Origin: a virus
Direction: 5' to 3' (one strand)
Length of the DNA stretch: 64,000 nucleotides
IMG/VR virus record: IMGVR_UViG_3300023440_000001
Span: 64,001-128,000 of that record
Shown: positions 48,322-58,031 of the stretch, in pieces
How positions within the stretch are numbered: the stretch's first letter is position 1
Layout of the letters: the number at the start of each line of letters is the position of its first letter
Program-made: the position numbers and the translations under genes
The notes under the pieces: generated by a model
What the model was told of the DNA's origin: nothing
The model's database searches: none
Seen by the model: only the letters and a program-made list of their open reading frames with translations

Positions 48322-49173
48322 ATGACCACGGTTAAAATCGACCTGGAACACTTTCTTGACTGGTATACTGATGATCCGGAGCGCTCTACTGAAATTACGA
48401 TAACCGCTCTTCGATATGGAATGGATTCGATTGTTTCTCGTGTACGAACGCTGGATCGTCTTCTGGCGGAAGTAGGGGGCTACCTGCCTGATCATCTGGT
48501 GATTAACTGGTTGGAGCTGCCCCTGACAGATCGACAGCTTGAGAAAGAATACATCAGTACCTTTACACTTCTGGAAGAACAGCGCAACTGGAAAGTAGAA
48601 TGGGTCGTTGATGAGCAAGATGATCATGATACTCAAGATAACCAACCGACAGTGCACATTGATGCCGGCGAGTTTGTGGAATGGTTTATTGATGAGAAAG
48701 ACCTGGCCTTTGGTTATGCCCACCAGGCTTTTATGTACGGACGACCGCCCATTCAGGAAGCCTATAAAACGCTGAGAGATCTGTTTGATAGTACTGGCTA
48801 CATTCCCCGTTATTTGATTCTAAACTGGAATGAATTGCCCATGCCGGAAGGTGTTACTTCAGCTGATGAATTCAGAGAAGAAGTCGTTACTGACGAAATG
48901 ATGAACTGGAAGATTAGCTGGGTATTTGATAGTGAGTCCGATACAAAGCGGCTCGTCGGTGTTCAATTTATTGATGCCGAAGGTAACTACCTTCTGGAAG
49001 GTGATTGTGAGAATCTTCCTTATGTTCCGTCCTGGGTAGTATTCCCACCTGATGAAGTTGGTGATATTCTGAAGTTGCTTGCCGAGCGTGAAACGTATGA
49101 TGTGCGGGTCCTTCCGATCTACGAAGGGGATATCGAACGATACGAGGTAGGTCACTTCACTGAGTACTTCTAA
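48322..49173 (+). CDS. Protein with two tandem copies of an uncharacterised ~95-aa domain
   Basis: TVKID..FLDW...NWKVEWV and TVHID..FVEW...NWKISWV. Confidence 0.8.
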   Translation: MTTVKIDLEHFLDWYTDDPERSTEITITALRYGMDSIVSRVRTLDRLLAEVGGYLPDHLVINWLELPLTDRQLEKEYISTFTLLEEQRNWKVEWVVDEQDDHDTQDNQPTVHIDAGEFVEWFIDEKDLAFGYAHQAFMYGRPPIQEAYKTLRDLFDSTGYIPRYLILNWNELPMPEGVTSADEFREEVVTDEMMNWKISWVFDSESDTKRLVGVQFIDAEGNYLLEGDCENLPYVPSWVVFPPDEVGDILKLLAERETYDVRVLPIYEGDIERYEVGHFTEYF

Positions 49174-49188
49174 ATAGGAGAGATAGTA

Positions 49189-49542
49189 ATGGAATGGTGG
49201 ATAGAGTCTAATGATGTCATGAAGGTTAAGTTTGACCATTCTGAAGCAAAAGGAATGATTGGAATACAGAAAGAGTTATATGGCATATCTATTTATGTAG
49301 ATGGGTTTGACTCCTCTATTGCTATGATAGATCTGTATTATCGTTCACCGGTTGGATTAGAAGATATACCACCGGGCCAACGCAACACTGTTCGTCTGGT
49401 CGTCGAGAATCCGGTAAACATGGAACCGATTGCCTATGTGATATTCAATCCGGAAGAGAAGACGCTCCGAATTGAACTGGATGATCGATGGCAGAAAGAC
49501 GGTAGTACCGGTCGGGCCTTTCACTTAAAACTGGAAGAATAG
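49189..49542 (+). CDS. Hypothetical protein
   Basis: AGGAG SD. Confidence 0.75.
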   Translation: MEWWIESNDVMKVKFDHSEAKGMIGIQKELYGISIYVDGFDSSIAMIDLYYRSPVGLEDIPPGQRNTVRLVVENPVNMEPIAYVIFNPEEKTLRIELDDRWQKDGSTGRAFHLKLEE

Positions 49543-49544
49543 AG

Positions 49545-51827
49545 ATGATCTTCATTGGTATTATAAAAGCCATAAGAGCCCGCCGCGGTGCCTGGCAGAA
49601 AGTGGTTCTACATGTTACGGAAACTGGTCCCAGTCAAAAGGATCTCGAAGAGACGGATCAGATCTGGGATATGGTTGGTGAGTTTATGGCCAGCGTCGGT
49701 GATAAGGTTATCGTTGAAGGTGAATTAAAGAACGTGCGTTCTTATGGCTATCAAATACACGCCCGTAAAGTAAAGATGCTCTCCGGATTTACTGATACTG
49801 AAGAGCAATTGCATCAGTTCCTGGTCAAACATGTGAGTGGTGTCGGCCCTAAAATGGCCGACGCTCTTATCAATGAATATGGAGTAGAAGATCTGATTCG
49901 TCTGCTGGATAGTTGCAGTCCACGTATTATTGAAGATATACCAGGCATCGGTATTAAAACGGCTGAACAGATATGGGAGACCTGGACCCGGGAACGCTTC
50001 AAATGGGATCCCTGGAAGTATCTGACCCGTATCGGTATCCGGGATCTGAATCATATTCGTAAGATCATCGGTCAATACGGTCGGGATACGGAGAAGATCG
50101 TATCTAAATATCCATACCGATTGCTGGAAGTGGAAGGACTATCCTTTCGTACTGTTGATGCCATAGCCATTAAAGCGGGTGTTGATCCACTGTCTCCAAT
50201 TCGTATCATGTCCGCTATTGTATACGCTCTCAATCGTCAGAGTGATTTCGGTCATACCTACTATGAAAAAGAGCAGCTGAAGGGGATAGTGGAATATCTA
50301 CTGGATATGGATGAACTGGATGATGAATTGTATGACAGATGTCTGTTTCGATTGGAGCGTAGTGAGCGGATTGTTACTGAAGCTGATAAGGTCTTTTCAG
50401 CTCGTATATACATGGTGGAGAAGTCTGTTGCGAGTGTGATGATTGAGCTAAAGTATGGTAATACGATAGTTATTGATGATAAGTCGGTTGATGACTTTAT
50501 CAAGCTCTACCAAACCAGGCATGAGATGGAGTTTACCAAAACACAGCAGCGGGCCATATACCGGGCTGCCAATACAGGTGTAATGGTTTTAACCGGTGGT
50601 CCCGGAACCGGTAAGACCTTTACTGTTGGTGCCATGGTAGAGCTGTTTCGTAGTTACGGAAACGATGTTGTATTGTGTTCGTCGACCGGTCGCAGTGCGC
50701 GGCGTATAAAAGAGTCAACCGGGTATGAAGCGCACACTATTCATCGTCTGCTGAAGGTAATTCCCAACGGTAAAGGTGGGACTATGTTTGAACATGATGA
50801 TCGTAATCCACTGGATGGTGATGTCTTTATTGTGGATGAAGTTTCCATGGTCGATCTGGAGCTGATGCATCACCTGCTAAAAGCTATACCGGTTGGCAAG
50901 AAACTGATTATGATAGGTGATAAGGATCAGCTTCCCAGTATTGGTCTTGGTAGTGTACTGAATGATTGCATTGGGTCTGGCCGCATACCGGTAGTTGAAC
51001 TACAAACAGTATTCCGTCAGAGTGAGACCAGTGACATTGTAATTAATGCCAATAAGGTCAATATGGGTAAGATTGATATCGTTGAAGGTGGTAAGGACTT
51101 CTGGTGGGTAAAGGATGTGGATGAAGATATGATCCTTAAAGTCATTACCGAGCGTATACCCAAACGATTTGGTATTCCTATGGAAGACATTAAGGTTATT
51201 ACTCCCTATCGTCGGGAATATGCGGAAGTAAATGTAAAGCAGCTAAACCGACGATTGCAGGAGATAGCCAATCCGGAAAAGGAGATTGAAGTTAAGAACT
51301 ATGATGGTACGATTATCCGGAAACCCAACGGTATAGTTTATAAGGGCGTTACCTTTCGTGTGGGTGATCCGGTTATGCAGATGGAGAATGACTATGTGAA
51401 GCTGATCTTTAATGGCGATATCGGAACTATTGTCAGTGTGGATCAGGATGAAGACGGTCGTTGTGCGCTGTTGGTTGATTTCGGCGATGATCGTGGAATT
51501 AGATCATATATTGATTCTGATATTGACCACCTGGAGCTGGCCTATGCCATGACCGTACATAAGAGTCAGGGAAGTGAATATCCGGCAGTGGTGATCATAC
51601 TTCCCGAATTGACCGAAAAGACCAGTGGTATGCTAAAGCGTAATATGCTTTATACTGCTATTACCAGAGCACAGAAACTCTGCGTACTGTTTGCATCTGA
51701 GGCAAGCTTTCGGAAGTGTGTGAATGATGATTCATATGATAAGCGGATGACCATGCTTGCCAGATGGTTAGTAGACACCGACAGTAAAGTAACCAGAGGT
51801 CGTCGGCGTACTTCAAAAGTAGCTTAA
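49545..51827 (+). CDS. recD2: RecD2-like SF1B helicase
   Basis: HhH GVGPK/GIGIK, GGPGTGKT, TIHRLL, DEVSM, GD.DQL, TVHKSQGSE, YTAITRA. Confidence 0.95.
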   Translation: MIFIGIIKAIRARRGAWQKVVLHVTETGPSQKDLEETDQIWDMVGEFMASVGDKVIVEGELKNVRSYGYQIHARKVKMLSGFTDTEEQLHQFLVKHVSGVGPKMADALINEYGVEDLIRLLDSCSPRIIEDIPGIGIKTAEQIWETWTRERFKWDPWKYLTRIGIRDLNHIRKIIGQYGRDTEKIVSKYPYRLLEVEGLSFRTVDAIAIKAGVDPLSPIRIMSAIVYALNRQSDFGHTYYEKEQLKGIVEYLLDMDELDDELYDRCLFRLERSERIVTEADKVFSARIYMVEKSVASVMIELKYGNTIVIDDKSVDDFIKLYQTRHEMEFTKTQQRAIYRAANTGVMVLTGGPGTGKTFTVGAMVELFRSYGNDVVLCSSTGRSARRIKESTGYEAHTIHRLLKVIPNGKGGTMFEHDDRNPLDGDVFIVDEVSMVDLELMHHLLKAIPVGKKLIMIGDKDQLPSIGLGSVLNDCIGSGRIPVVELQTVFRQSETSDIVINANKVNMGKIDIVEGGKDFWWVKDVDEDMILKVITERIPKRFGIPMEDIKVITPYRREYAEVNVKQLNRRLQEIANPEKEIEVKNYDGTIIRKPNGIVYKGVTFRVGDPVMQMENDYVKLIFNGDIGTIVSVDQDEDGRCALLVDFGDDRGIRSYIDSDIDHLELAYAMTVHKSQGSEYPAVVIILPELTEKTSGMLKRNMLYTAITRAQKLCVLFASEASFRKCVNDDSYDKRMTMLARWLVDTDSKVTRGRRRTSKVA

Positions 51828-51842
51828 ATGGAGGTTGTTATA

Positions 51843-53021
51843 ATGTCCAGAGACAAACCCCGAATTGTTAGACGTGGTGAAGGGGATCTGAATGTGGTCT
51901 ATCGACCGCTTCGTTTTGCTGAATTATACGGTCCGACTCGAAAGGCTGCTGTTCAGTTCTATAACTGGCTGCGACAGTTCGATCGGACTCTGACCAAGCA
52001 CAGCTTTCTTATCTCCGGTGAATCCGGTGCCGGTAAAACTACCCTGGCACTGATTATATCTCTGGCACTGAATTGCGAGGATCCCCAGCCTAACCCCAGA
52101 ACCGGTGATGAAGTAGAACCGTGTCTGAAGTGTGGCAGCTGCCAGCGGATCCTGCGTGGTGCTATGAATGCATCTGATGATTCTCCGGTGAAGTTCTATA
52201 ACTCGCCATCAATCGATAAAGACCGGATTCGCTGGATTGTGGATAATGAGATCAAAGGTCCGCGACCCATCTTCGGTGCCAGAGCGGTTGTCACTGTATT
52301 CGACGAAGCACATGGATTGACCTGGGAGCAACGTCAGCCGTTGTTAACTACGCTGGAGATGTTGCCATCCTACTCGTATGTCTTCTTTCTGACTTCCCGG
52401 CCGGAGAAGTTCAGAAAACTGAAAGATGGTGAAGATAACTCGCTGTATTCCCGGATCGGAGTGGTGGATCTGGTACCCTGGTCTGATAAACAGATATTTG
52501 AACTGCTGAAAGACGTGGCCATAACGGAACATTCCCTGGAACGCTGTCCGGAAATAGAAGATAGTGCCCTGCGCTATCTGGCTCATATTGGTACCGGTAA
52601 TCCGCGTACTTCTATTTCGGCACTGGATGTGGTAATCAATGGCGTGGACAGAGATGTTCCGATGATTACGCTGAAAGATGTTAAGCAGTTCTATCCTGGT
52701 GCATCCGATCCGGATATTGAAAGTACAGCTGAGGAGATGCGAGACGTATTTCGGGCCTTTTATAATAATAACCTGGAAGTGGCATTGAAACGTCTGGAAG
52801 AGATGGAGAAGAAGCGCTTCAAGCCGGATGATATCAAATACTCCCTTAACAAGTTCCTGCGCAATAGAGTCTATCAGTATGCTCGCGAAGGGAATCATTC
52901 CCGGCTGGAGGAGTTCTCCCGTAAGCTTCAGGCCTTCTCTTCAGCTGCTTTTGCCAGAGATGGTGAAGAGTTCTCCAATCTGGTAACAGGTGTTATTCAG
53001 GCATTAACAATTAGAAGTTGA
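51843..53021 (+). CDS. dnaX: Clamp loader DnaX (gamma/tau)-like ATPase
   Basis: YRP..F, GESGAGKTT, LNC...PC..C.SC Zn site, DEAH, G.PR. Confidence 0.9.
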   Translation: MSRDKPRIVRRGEGDLNVVYRPLRFAELYGPTRKAAVQFYNWLRQFDRTLTKHSFLISGESGAGKTTLALIISLALNCEDPQPNPRTGDEVEPCLKCGSCQRILRGAMNASDDSPVKFYNSPSIDKDRIRWIVDNEIKGPRPIFGARAVVTVFDEAHGLTWEQRQPLLTTLEMLPSYSYVFFLTSRPEKFRKLKDGEDNSLYSRIGVVDLVPWSDKQIFELLKDVAITEHSLERCPEIEDSALRYLAHIGTGNPRTSISALDVVINGVDRDVPMITLKDVKQFYPGASDPDIESTAEEMRDVFRAFYNNNLEVALKRLEEMEKKRFKPDDIKYSLNKFLRNRVYQYAREGNHSRLEEFSRKLQAFSSAAFARDGEEFSNLVTGVIQALTIRS

Positions 53022-53029
53022 GGTCAGAT

Positions 53030-54457
53030 ATGGATCTGAATGATCTTCCCAAGGTTAAACTTCCCAGAGTGATGTATAAGTCTCTGCCGCTGAAAGATGG
53101 TAGTAGGGTTGACCTTAATATTGAGAATGAGTTCTTCTATGATGATGAAGATGGTACGTGGTATGTCGTCTGTCGGTGTGATTATGGTGGTCGTACTCTG
53201 ACTGGTCGAACTGTACTGGATAATAATATACTGGAGGATCTGAAGTCCGGTGTTGTTAGCATTGATGAATACTGTCAGTCGGAGCGGTTTAATGCGGTAA
53301 TTGTCGGCCTGTCCGAGATCATATTAGGTGCGGTTGATGATCTGGATGTAAAGCATCTTACCACGAAAGAAGTAAAGGATGCTCGTACCATAGAAGCCTA
53401 TACACCGCAGGCTATTGCCCAGAAGTCCCGGTCTGTAGGGCGAGACATTGCCCGAATCATACTGGAGTCTGCTTTCGGGAAGGGTAAACGCCTGAGTAAG
53501 GTACCGAAAGAGTATCGGATTACTCCACCAAAGGCAATTGTTCCGGATGATGTTATCGTATCGACGGTGCTGCGGTATATTGCTGAGGGATCACCGGCCG
53601 TGGCCCTGGTAGGCCCTACCGGGGTAGGGAAGAGTTACACGGCTCAGCATATCGGTGCCCTGTTGAATCTGAAAGGGTATGCCGTCATGCGTATTGATGC
53701 CAATGCCAGAACCGAAGGGGATCGACTCTTCGATCGGGATGACTTCAACGAGAAGGGTACCTTTATTCTGGAAGGAACCCTGACTACCTTTGCCCGCCGA
53801 ACCAAAAAGCTGGGCCTGAAAGCGCTGGTTATCATAGAAGAATACAATGCCTTTGATGATGCCACTCGTCGGGAGTTCTATCAGCTGTTTAATGATGAAG
53901 AGCGCTACTATACGATTCAGTCCAGTAAAGATCAGAAGGTTCTGGATCGAGTAGACTTCCATCATGTTCAGTTCTTACTAACAGGTAATCCGGTAACCAG
54001 TGAGAAGTATCTGGTTGACGACTTGAAGCGCTTTAGCAATGCCGAAGCCCGTCGTATAGTCATGGTCTATCAGGATTACTCCCAGGATCCCAGGTACATC
54101 CGTAGAGTTCTGATGGCCATTATCCGCAAGAAACCCATCTACGAAGAGATCAAAAAGGAAGTTGCCGATATCGATGAGATTATTGATCTGAATATGGGTG
54201 TGCGCTGTTTTCGGGAATTGAACAGACCCAATGGTGACGGTTATCGACTGGGTTTCGATTTCGGTTACACTTCGGTTGCGAACTGGTTATGGACACTGGC
54301 AGTATACGGGTATACTGAGGAAGCCTGGATTCGTGCCACCGCAGATCACATACTGAATCCCATTCCTGACGTCCAGGTTCGGGAAGATGTCGTACATCGT
54401 CTGGAGAGTGTTTTCGGTGTCCATCTTCCCGGCTATTTGATCTATCGGGATTCCTGA
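53030..54457 (+). CDS. MoxR-like AAA ATPase (second)
   Basis: GPTGVGKS, IIEEYN, TGNP, RR. Confidence 0.8.
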   Translation: MDLNDLPKVKLPRVMYKSLPLKDGSRVDLNIENEFFYDDEDGTWYVVCRCDYGGRTLTGRTVLDNNILEDLKSGVVSIDEYCQSERFNAVIVGLSEIILGAVDDLDVKHLTTKEVKDARTIEAYTPQAIAQKSRSVGRDIARIILESAFGKGKRLSKVPKEYRITPPKAIVPDDVIVSTVLRYIAEGSPAVALVGPTGVGKSYTAQHIGALLNLKGYAVMRIDANARTEGDRLFDRDDFNEKGTFILEGTLTTFARRTKKLGLKALVIIEEYNAFDDATRREFYQLFNDEERYYTIQSSKDQKVLDRVDFHHVQFLLTGNPVTSEKYLVDDLKRFSNAEARRIVMVYQDYSQDPRYIRRVLMAIIRKKPIYEEIKKEVADIDEIIDLNMGVRCFRELNRPNGDGYRLGFDFGYTSVANWLWTLAVYGYTEEAWIRATADHILNPIPDVQVREDVVHRLESVFGVHLPGYLIYRDS

Positions 54458-54484
54458 TACTGATGGTCACGGGACCGGTATCCC

Positions 54485-54548
54485 GTGACTGTCAGTCTAC
54501 ACCAAAGCGATTCATTCACTCCCTGAAGTCTTTGTCAGCTATTATATT
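54485..54548 (+). promoter_or_regulatory. Palindrome-box-(-10) element, copy 6
   Basis: GACTG-T-CAGTCTAC, N13, ATTCACTCCC at 54514, TATATT at 54543; preceded by a GTCACGGGA/TCCCGTGAC hairpin. Confidence 0.8.
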
Positions 54549-54557
54549 GAGGGCGTT

Positions 54558-56243
54558 ATGTTAGATTACTTGGCCAGACATTACATTCATAACGTACTGG
54601 GTTTTGGCGCAGTGGAAATCATTGATGCGCCTGAAGCAGCGGTTCTGATAAAGGATGGTCAGCTGCTCAGAATCGACGGTCGTTATCAGATGAAACTGCC
54701 CGTATCCGAAGAGAGTTTCCTGCAGGTGTTCGGTAAAGGTGCGGATCAATTGTCGATCCAGCAAAAAGCAATGCTGTTGTTCGGGTTGATCTATCATGAG
54801 ATAGGCCACCTGATCTCCGGCGAGCCGTTGACAACTTCTCGTGGTTTCCATGTGATCTATAATATCATTAATGATGCCAATGAGAATACTATTCTGCCGG
54901 CCTACTGGCTGGGTAGTATACACTATCTTCAGATGGTTAATGATCTGATGTTTCACCGGGTACCGGATCTGGGTGAATTGCCGGAGAATGATTCTCTGTC
55001 TCTGTTAAAGAAGCTCCTGACAGCAATGACTGTCTACCGACCCTGCGTATGTTTTAAATACGATGGTGAAGTAGCGTATAGCTTTCCGGTCGGACATCCG
55101 CTTTCTGATATCTGGTTTAAAGTCAAGCAGCAACTTCGACGTGCTCGTAAGGAATACAGTCTGGATGAAGTGGAAATGGAACGTATACGATTGGAGATCA
55201 TCAATGAGACAATTCAGGTAATGAAGGAGTGGTGGAAGGATGACGGTCATGAAGATGAAACCGGTCTGTCGTTAGAAGAAGCGCTGGAGAAGCTACATCC
55301 GGAAGTACAACCTCAGGCCTTTCTTGCTTCCGGTAGTGGTGATTCGGATCTGAGTGATATGATTCAGATACCCGAGGATGTGGGAAAGGACATCGATAAA
55401 CTCATTCGGGATGTAGCCAGAACAATAGCAGAAGAGCAACTATCCGAGAGATCGCTGGAAGACTATCTTCAGGAGGCCGATGAAAAGAGCAGTCGTGGGC
55501 ACGGAACCGGTTCCGTTCGCCCTTCTGTTGCTTCGGAACCCTGGCCGGTTGATACTCGCGTGGCCCATGAGCTGCGTAATAAGATGCGTCGTATTACGTT
55601 TGTACGACGCCATGACCGTCGTCACGCAGAAGTAACGGGAAACAAACTCCATCCGGCCAACTTCTATCAGATAAAGACCAATCCGGAAGCGCCCCGTATC
55701 TTCCGTGCCCGAACGCGTATTAGAGAAGCGCCGGTTTTAACTGAGTTCTACTTTATGATGGATCGATCCGGATCCATGCGAGGTGACCGAGAAGATGTAT
55801 GTCGTGATATCATGGCAACATTCTATGAAGCTCTGCGTCTGGATCGACAGGTTCGTCTTAATATAGCTGGTTTTGATACGGAGGTCTATGAAGTTGACAT
55901 AACTAATAATGCCCAGTACGTGTTGAGACAGATCGCCGGCTACTTAAAGTCCGGCGGCGGTACGGATTACCCAAAAGCCATGCGCCATGCGCTGGGTGTT
56001 CTGGAAAGAAGCTCTGCTGAAAAGAAGGTGCTGGTTATGCTGACTGATGGGGATTTGAAAAGTAATGCATATGATCCATTTCTGCTGTATCATTATGCAA
56101 AGTTGCGTGGGATTCATGTTATAACTATTAAGCTGGGCTCGCCCATCGGCACTGACTTCCCCTTTTGTGATCAGCAAATCGCCCTGTATGATGTTCGAGA
56201 GCTTCCCAATTTAATGGCACAAATCAGTCTTCGAGAGGTGTAG
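54558..56243 (+). CDS. HExxH + VWA domain protein (second)
   Basis: HEIGH, N...D...E, MIDAS DRSGS, GGT, TDG. Confidence 0.88.
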   Translation: MLDYLARHYIHNVLGFGAVEIIDAPEAAVLIKDGQLLRIDGRYQMKLPVSEESFLQVFGKGADQLSIQQKAMLLFGLIYHEIGHLISGEPLTTSRGFHVIYNIINDANENTILPAYWLGSIHYLQMVNDLMFHRVPDLGELPENDSLSLLKKLLTAMTVYRPCVCFKYDGEVAYSFPVGHPLSDIWFKVKQQLRRARKEYSLDEVEMERIRLEIINETIQVMKEWWKDDGHEDETGLSLEEALEKLHPEVQPQAFLASGSGDSDLSDMIQIPEDVGKDIDKLIRDVARTIAEEQLSERSLEDYLQEADEKSSRGHGTGSVRPSVASEPWPVDTRVAHELRNKMRRITFVRRHDRRHAEVTGNKLHPANFYQIKTNPEAPRIFRARTRIREAPVLTEFYFMMDRSGSMRGDREDVCRDIMATFYEALRLDRQVRLNIAGFDTEVYEVDITNNAQYVLRQIAGYLKSGGGTDYPKAMRHALGVLERSSAEKKVLVMLTDGDLKSNAYDPFLLYHYAKLRGIHVITIKLGSPIGTDFPFCDQQIALYDVRELPNLMAQISLREV

Positions 56244-56248
56244 TTGAA

Positions 56249-56923
56249 GTGGCTACTTTTGCTCAGGCGTATCACTATATGACCAGCTGTCCCTTACAAC
56301 AGAAGGATGAGAATCCGATTCCCGTCAGCCCACTGGCGGAATGGTTTATGGAATATACTCTGGATATATTCATGGATATGTTCCGGACCGACGGGGATTA
56401 TGTTCAGGTCAGCGCGGCCTTTGATGAACGCCTGAACCAGGTGGAGAAGACCCGACCGATCTATGATAAACGGCTGAAGATACGTCTGTTTCAGCAGGCT
56501 GCGGTGAACACATCTCTCTTTGTTAAGGAACGTATTCAAACGCCATTTAAACCGATCGGTAGTTTTAAGGGCGGCTCGATGGAAGCTGTCGTACATCTGA
56601 GCCGATTAAAACCTAACAACACACTGGAACTTATCTGGTTCGTTTTTGAACCGGTTCTGCCGGCACTGGATGTTCAGAACATCTATGCTTTCTATGTTAA
56701 CTGGAACGCCCGGGCATTCGAGCTGGCATTTGGTGTGCGTCCGTATCGACTGACGTTATACTTTCCCCTGATAGGGGATAGTATACCATACATATATAAT
56801 ACCACCAACGGCATGGATGTGGTAGCGGAGCATATCGAGCGTGAGGTATTCTATGCAAATCCTGAGCTGGAGCGCTGCTCTGCCTGCCGCGCCTGTCCAG
56901 AATACTTGAGGATGCAATGGTGA
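56249..56923 (+). CDS. Degenerate Cas4/AddB-like (PD-(D/E)XK) protein
   Basis: N-terminal CP and C-terminal CSAC..C layout; catalytic motif not evident. Confidence 0.4.
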   Translation: MATFAQAYHYMTSCPLQQKDENPIPVSPLAEWFMEYTLDIFMDMFRTDGDYVQVSAAFDERLNQVEKTRPIYDKRLKIRLFQQAAVNTSLFVKERIQTPFKPIGSFKGGSMEAVVHLSRLKPNNTLELIWFVFEPVLPALDVQNIYAFYVNWNARAFELAFGVRPYRLTLYFPLIGDSIPYIYNTTNGMDVVAEHIEREVFYANPELERCSACRACPEYLRMQW

Positions 56924-57192
56924 AAGATGCCTGGGAATTCATCTTCAACGAACTTCAAAAAGAGGATCCACTGACGGTGCTCTTTTTCGTGATGCATTAT
57001 TACTATGGACGATCAATGAAGGATCTGTCTGCCATATTTGGTATCCGCGCAGATATCATCTCCAAGATGCTATCCCGGGTTCAGGAGAATATCCGCCGGG
57101 CTTATGAGGCTGAACAGAATGAGATGATACTGGAAGATGAGGAAATGGCAAACTATCCGGAAGATCTGTCCATAACCGAAATGATTAACTAG
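56917..57192 (+). CDS. Stand-alone sigma70 region 4-like HTH protein
   Basis: F.M.YY.G.SM.DLS..FGI....IS..L.R....IR. Confidence 0.7.
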   Translation: MVKDAWEFIFNELQKEDPLTVLFFVMHYYYGRSMKDLSAIFGIRADIISKMLSRVQENIRRAYEAEQNEMILEDEEMANYPEDLSITEMIN

Positions 57193-57205
57193 AGGAAGAA
57201 TCATT

Positions 57206-57730
57206 ATGGCTGATGCTGCCTGGAAAAGGCTGGAAAGAGAACTGGGAAAGCGAGATGGTTCCGGTCGCACACCACTATCAGGCGGAAACTCCAAACACAC
57301 AAGAGCCGATACGCTGTCGGATGTATTCTTCAATGAAGCCAAATACACCTCCGATAAACGTTCTCCTTTCTATCCCATCTGGAGAGAATGCAGTAAAATG
57401 AAAGGAGGTGGTTTTCGGATTCGGTTCCGCGGTATGGATATGACTGTATTCCGTACCAGCAAGAAGGAATTGAATATCGAAGAAGTAGATATTGAAGATC
57501 ATAAGCGCTGGAAGCTGTGGAGTGTTTGGGGCTTCTTTATGAACACTATCATTCCCCGCGCCAAGGCGGAGCGGAAGATCCCTGTTCTATCTATCAAATT
57601 CAAAGGTCAGCGTGGGGAAGTAATGCTCTGTAGAACCACGGACTTTCCCAGAGTACGAGATACGTACTGGTGGTATTCAACCAAGCAAACCAGAGGAGAT
57701 TCGTCAAATGGCGAGAGTAGAAAAGGTTAA
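57206..57730 (+). CDS. PD-(D/E)XK resolvase-like nuclease (second)
   Basis: WK..ER, RTPLSGG, AD, EAK. Confidence 0.7.
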   Translation: MADAAWKRLERELGKRDGSGRTPLSGGNSKHTRADTLSDVFFNEAKYTSDKRSPFYPIWRECSKMKGGGFRIRFRGMDMTVFRTSKKELNIEEVDIEDHKRWKLWSVWGFFMNTIIPRAKAERKIPVLSIKFKGQRGEVMLCRTTDFPRVRDTYWWYSTKQTRGDSSNGESRKG

Positions 57731-58031
57731 TCCTTACCGGAGGTTGCTCAATCGTCTTTATGAGCCCATGCGTCCGGATATGGAATTGAATAACATGGAG
57801 CAGAGTGAAGAATTGGATAATGCTCGTGATTTAACCCCAGAACAGGAGACTGCTTATGAGAAGAAGAAAAGCAAGTCCCGAAGGCGAAAAGCCAAAAGCA
57901 TTCACCGTAATGCTGAGCGACCTAAGAAAGATACCGGGACTTCCGTTGAGTCCGAAGAAGATCAGGGAAGCGATCCCGGATCGGATAAAACCACTCCGGA
58001 AGTAGAAGGAGAAGGAGATGGGTCTGAGTGA
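57708..58031 (+). CDS. Charged low-complexity protein
   Basis: GAGGAG SD. Confidence 0.7.
   Translation: MARVEKVNPYRRLLNRLYEPMRPDMELNNMEQSEELDNARDLTPEQETAYEKKKSKSRRRKAKSIHRNAERPKKDTGTSVESEEDQGSDPGSDKTTPEVEGEGDGSE

Noticed and set aside
1461-54548. Palindromic element as integron attC or MITE
   Set aside because: No RYYYAAC/GTTRRRY ends, no target duplications and no integrase in the window; fixed spacing to a -10-like hexamer fits a promoter better
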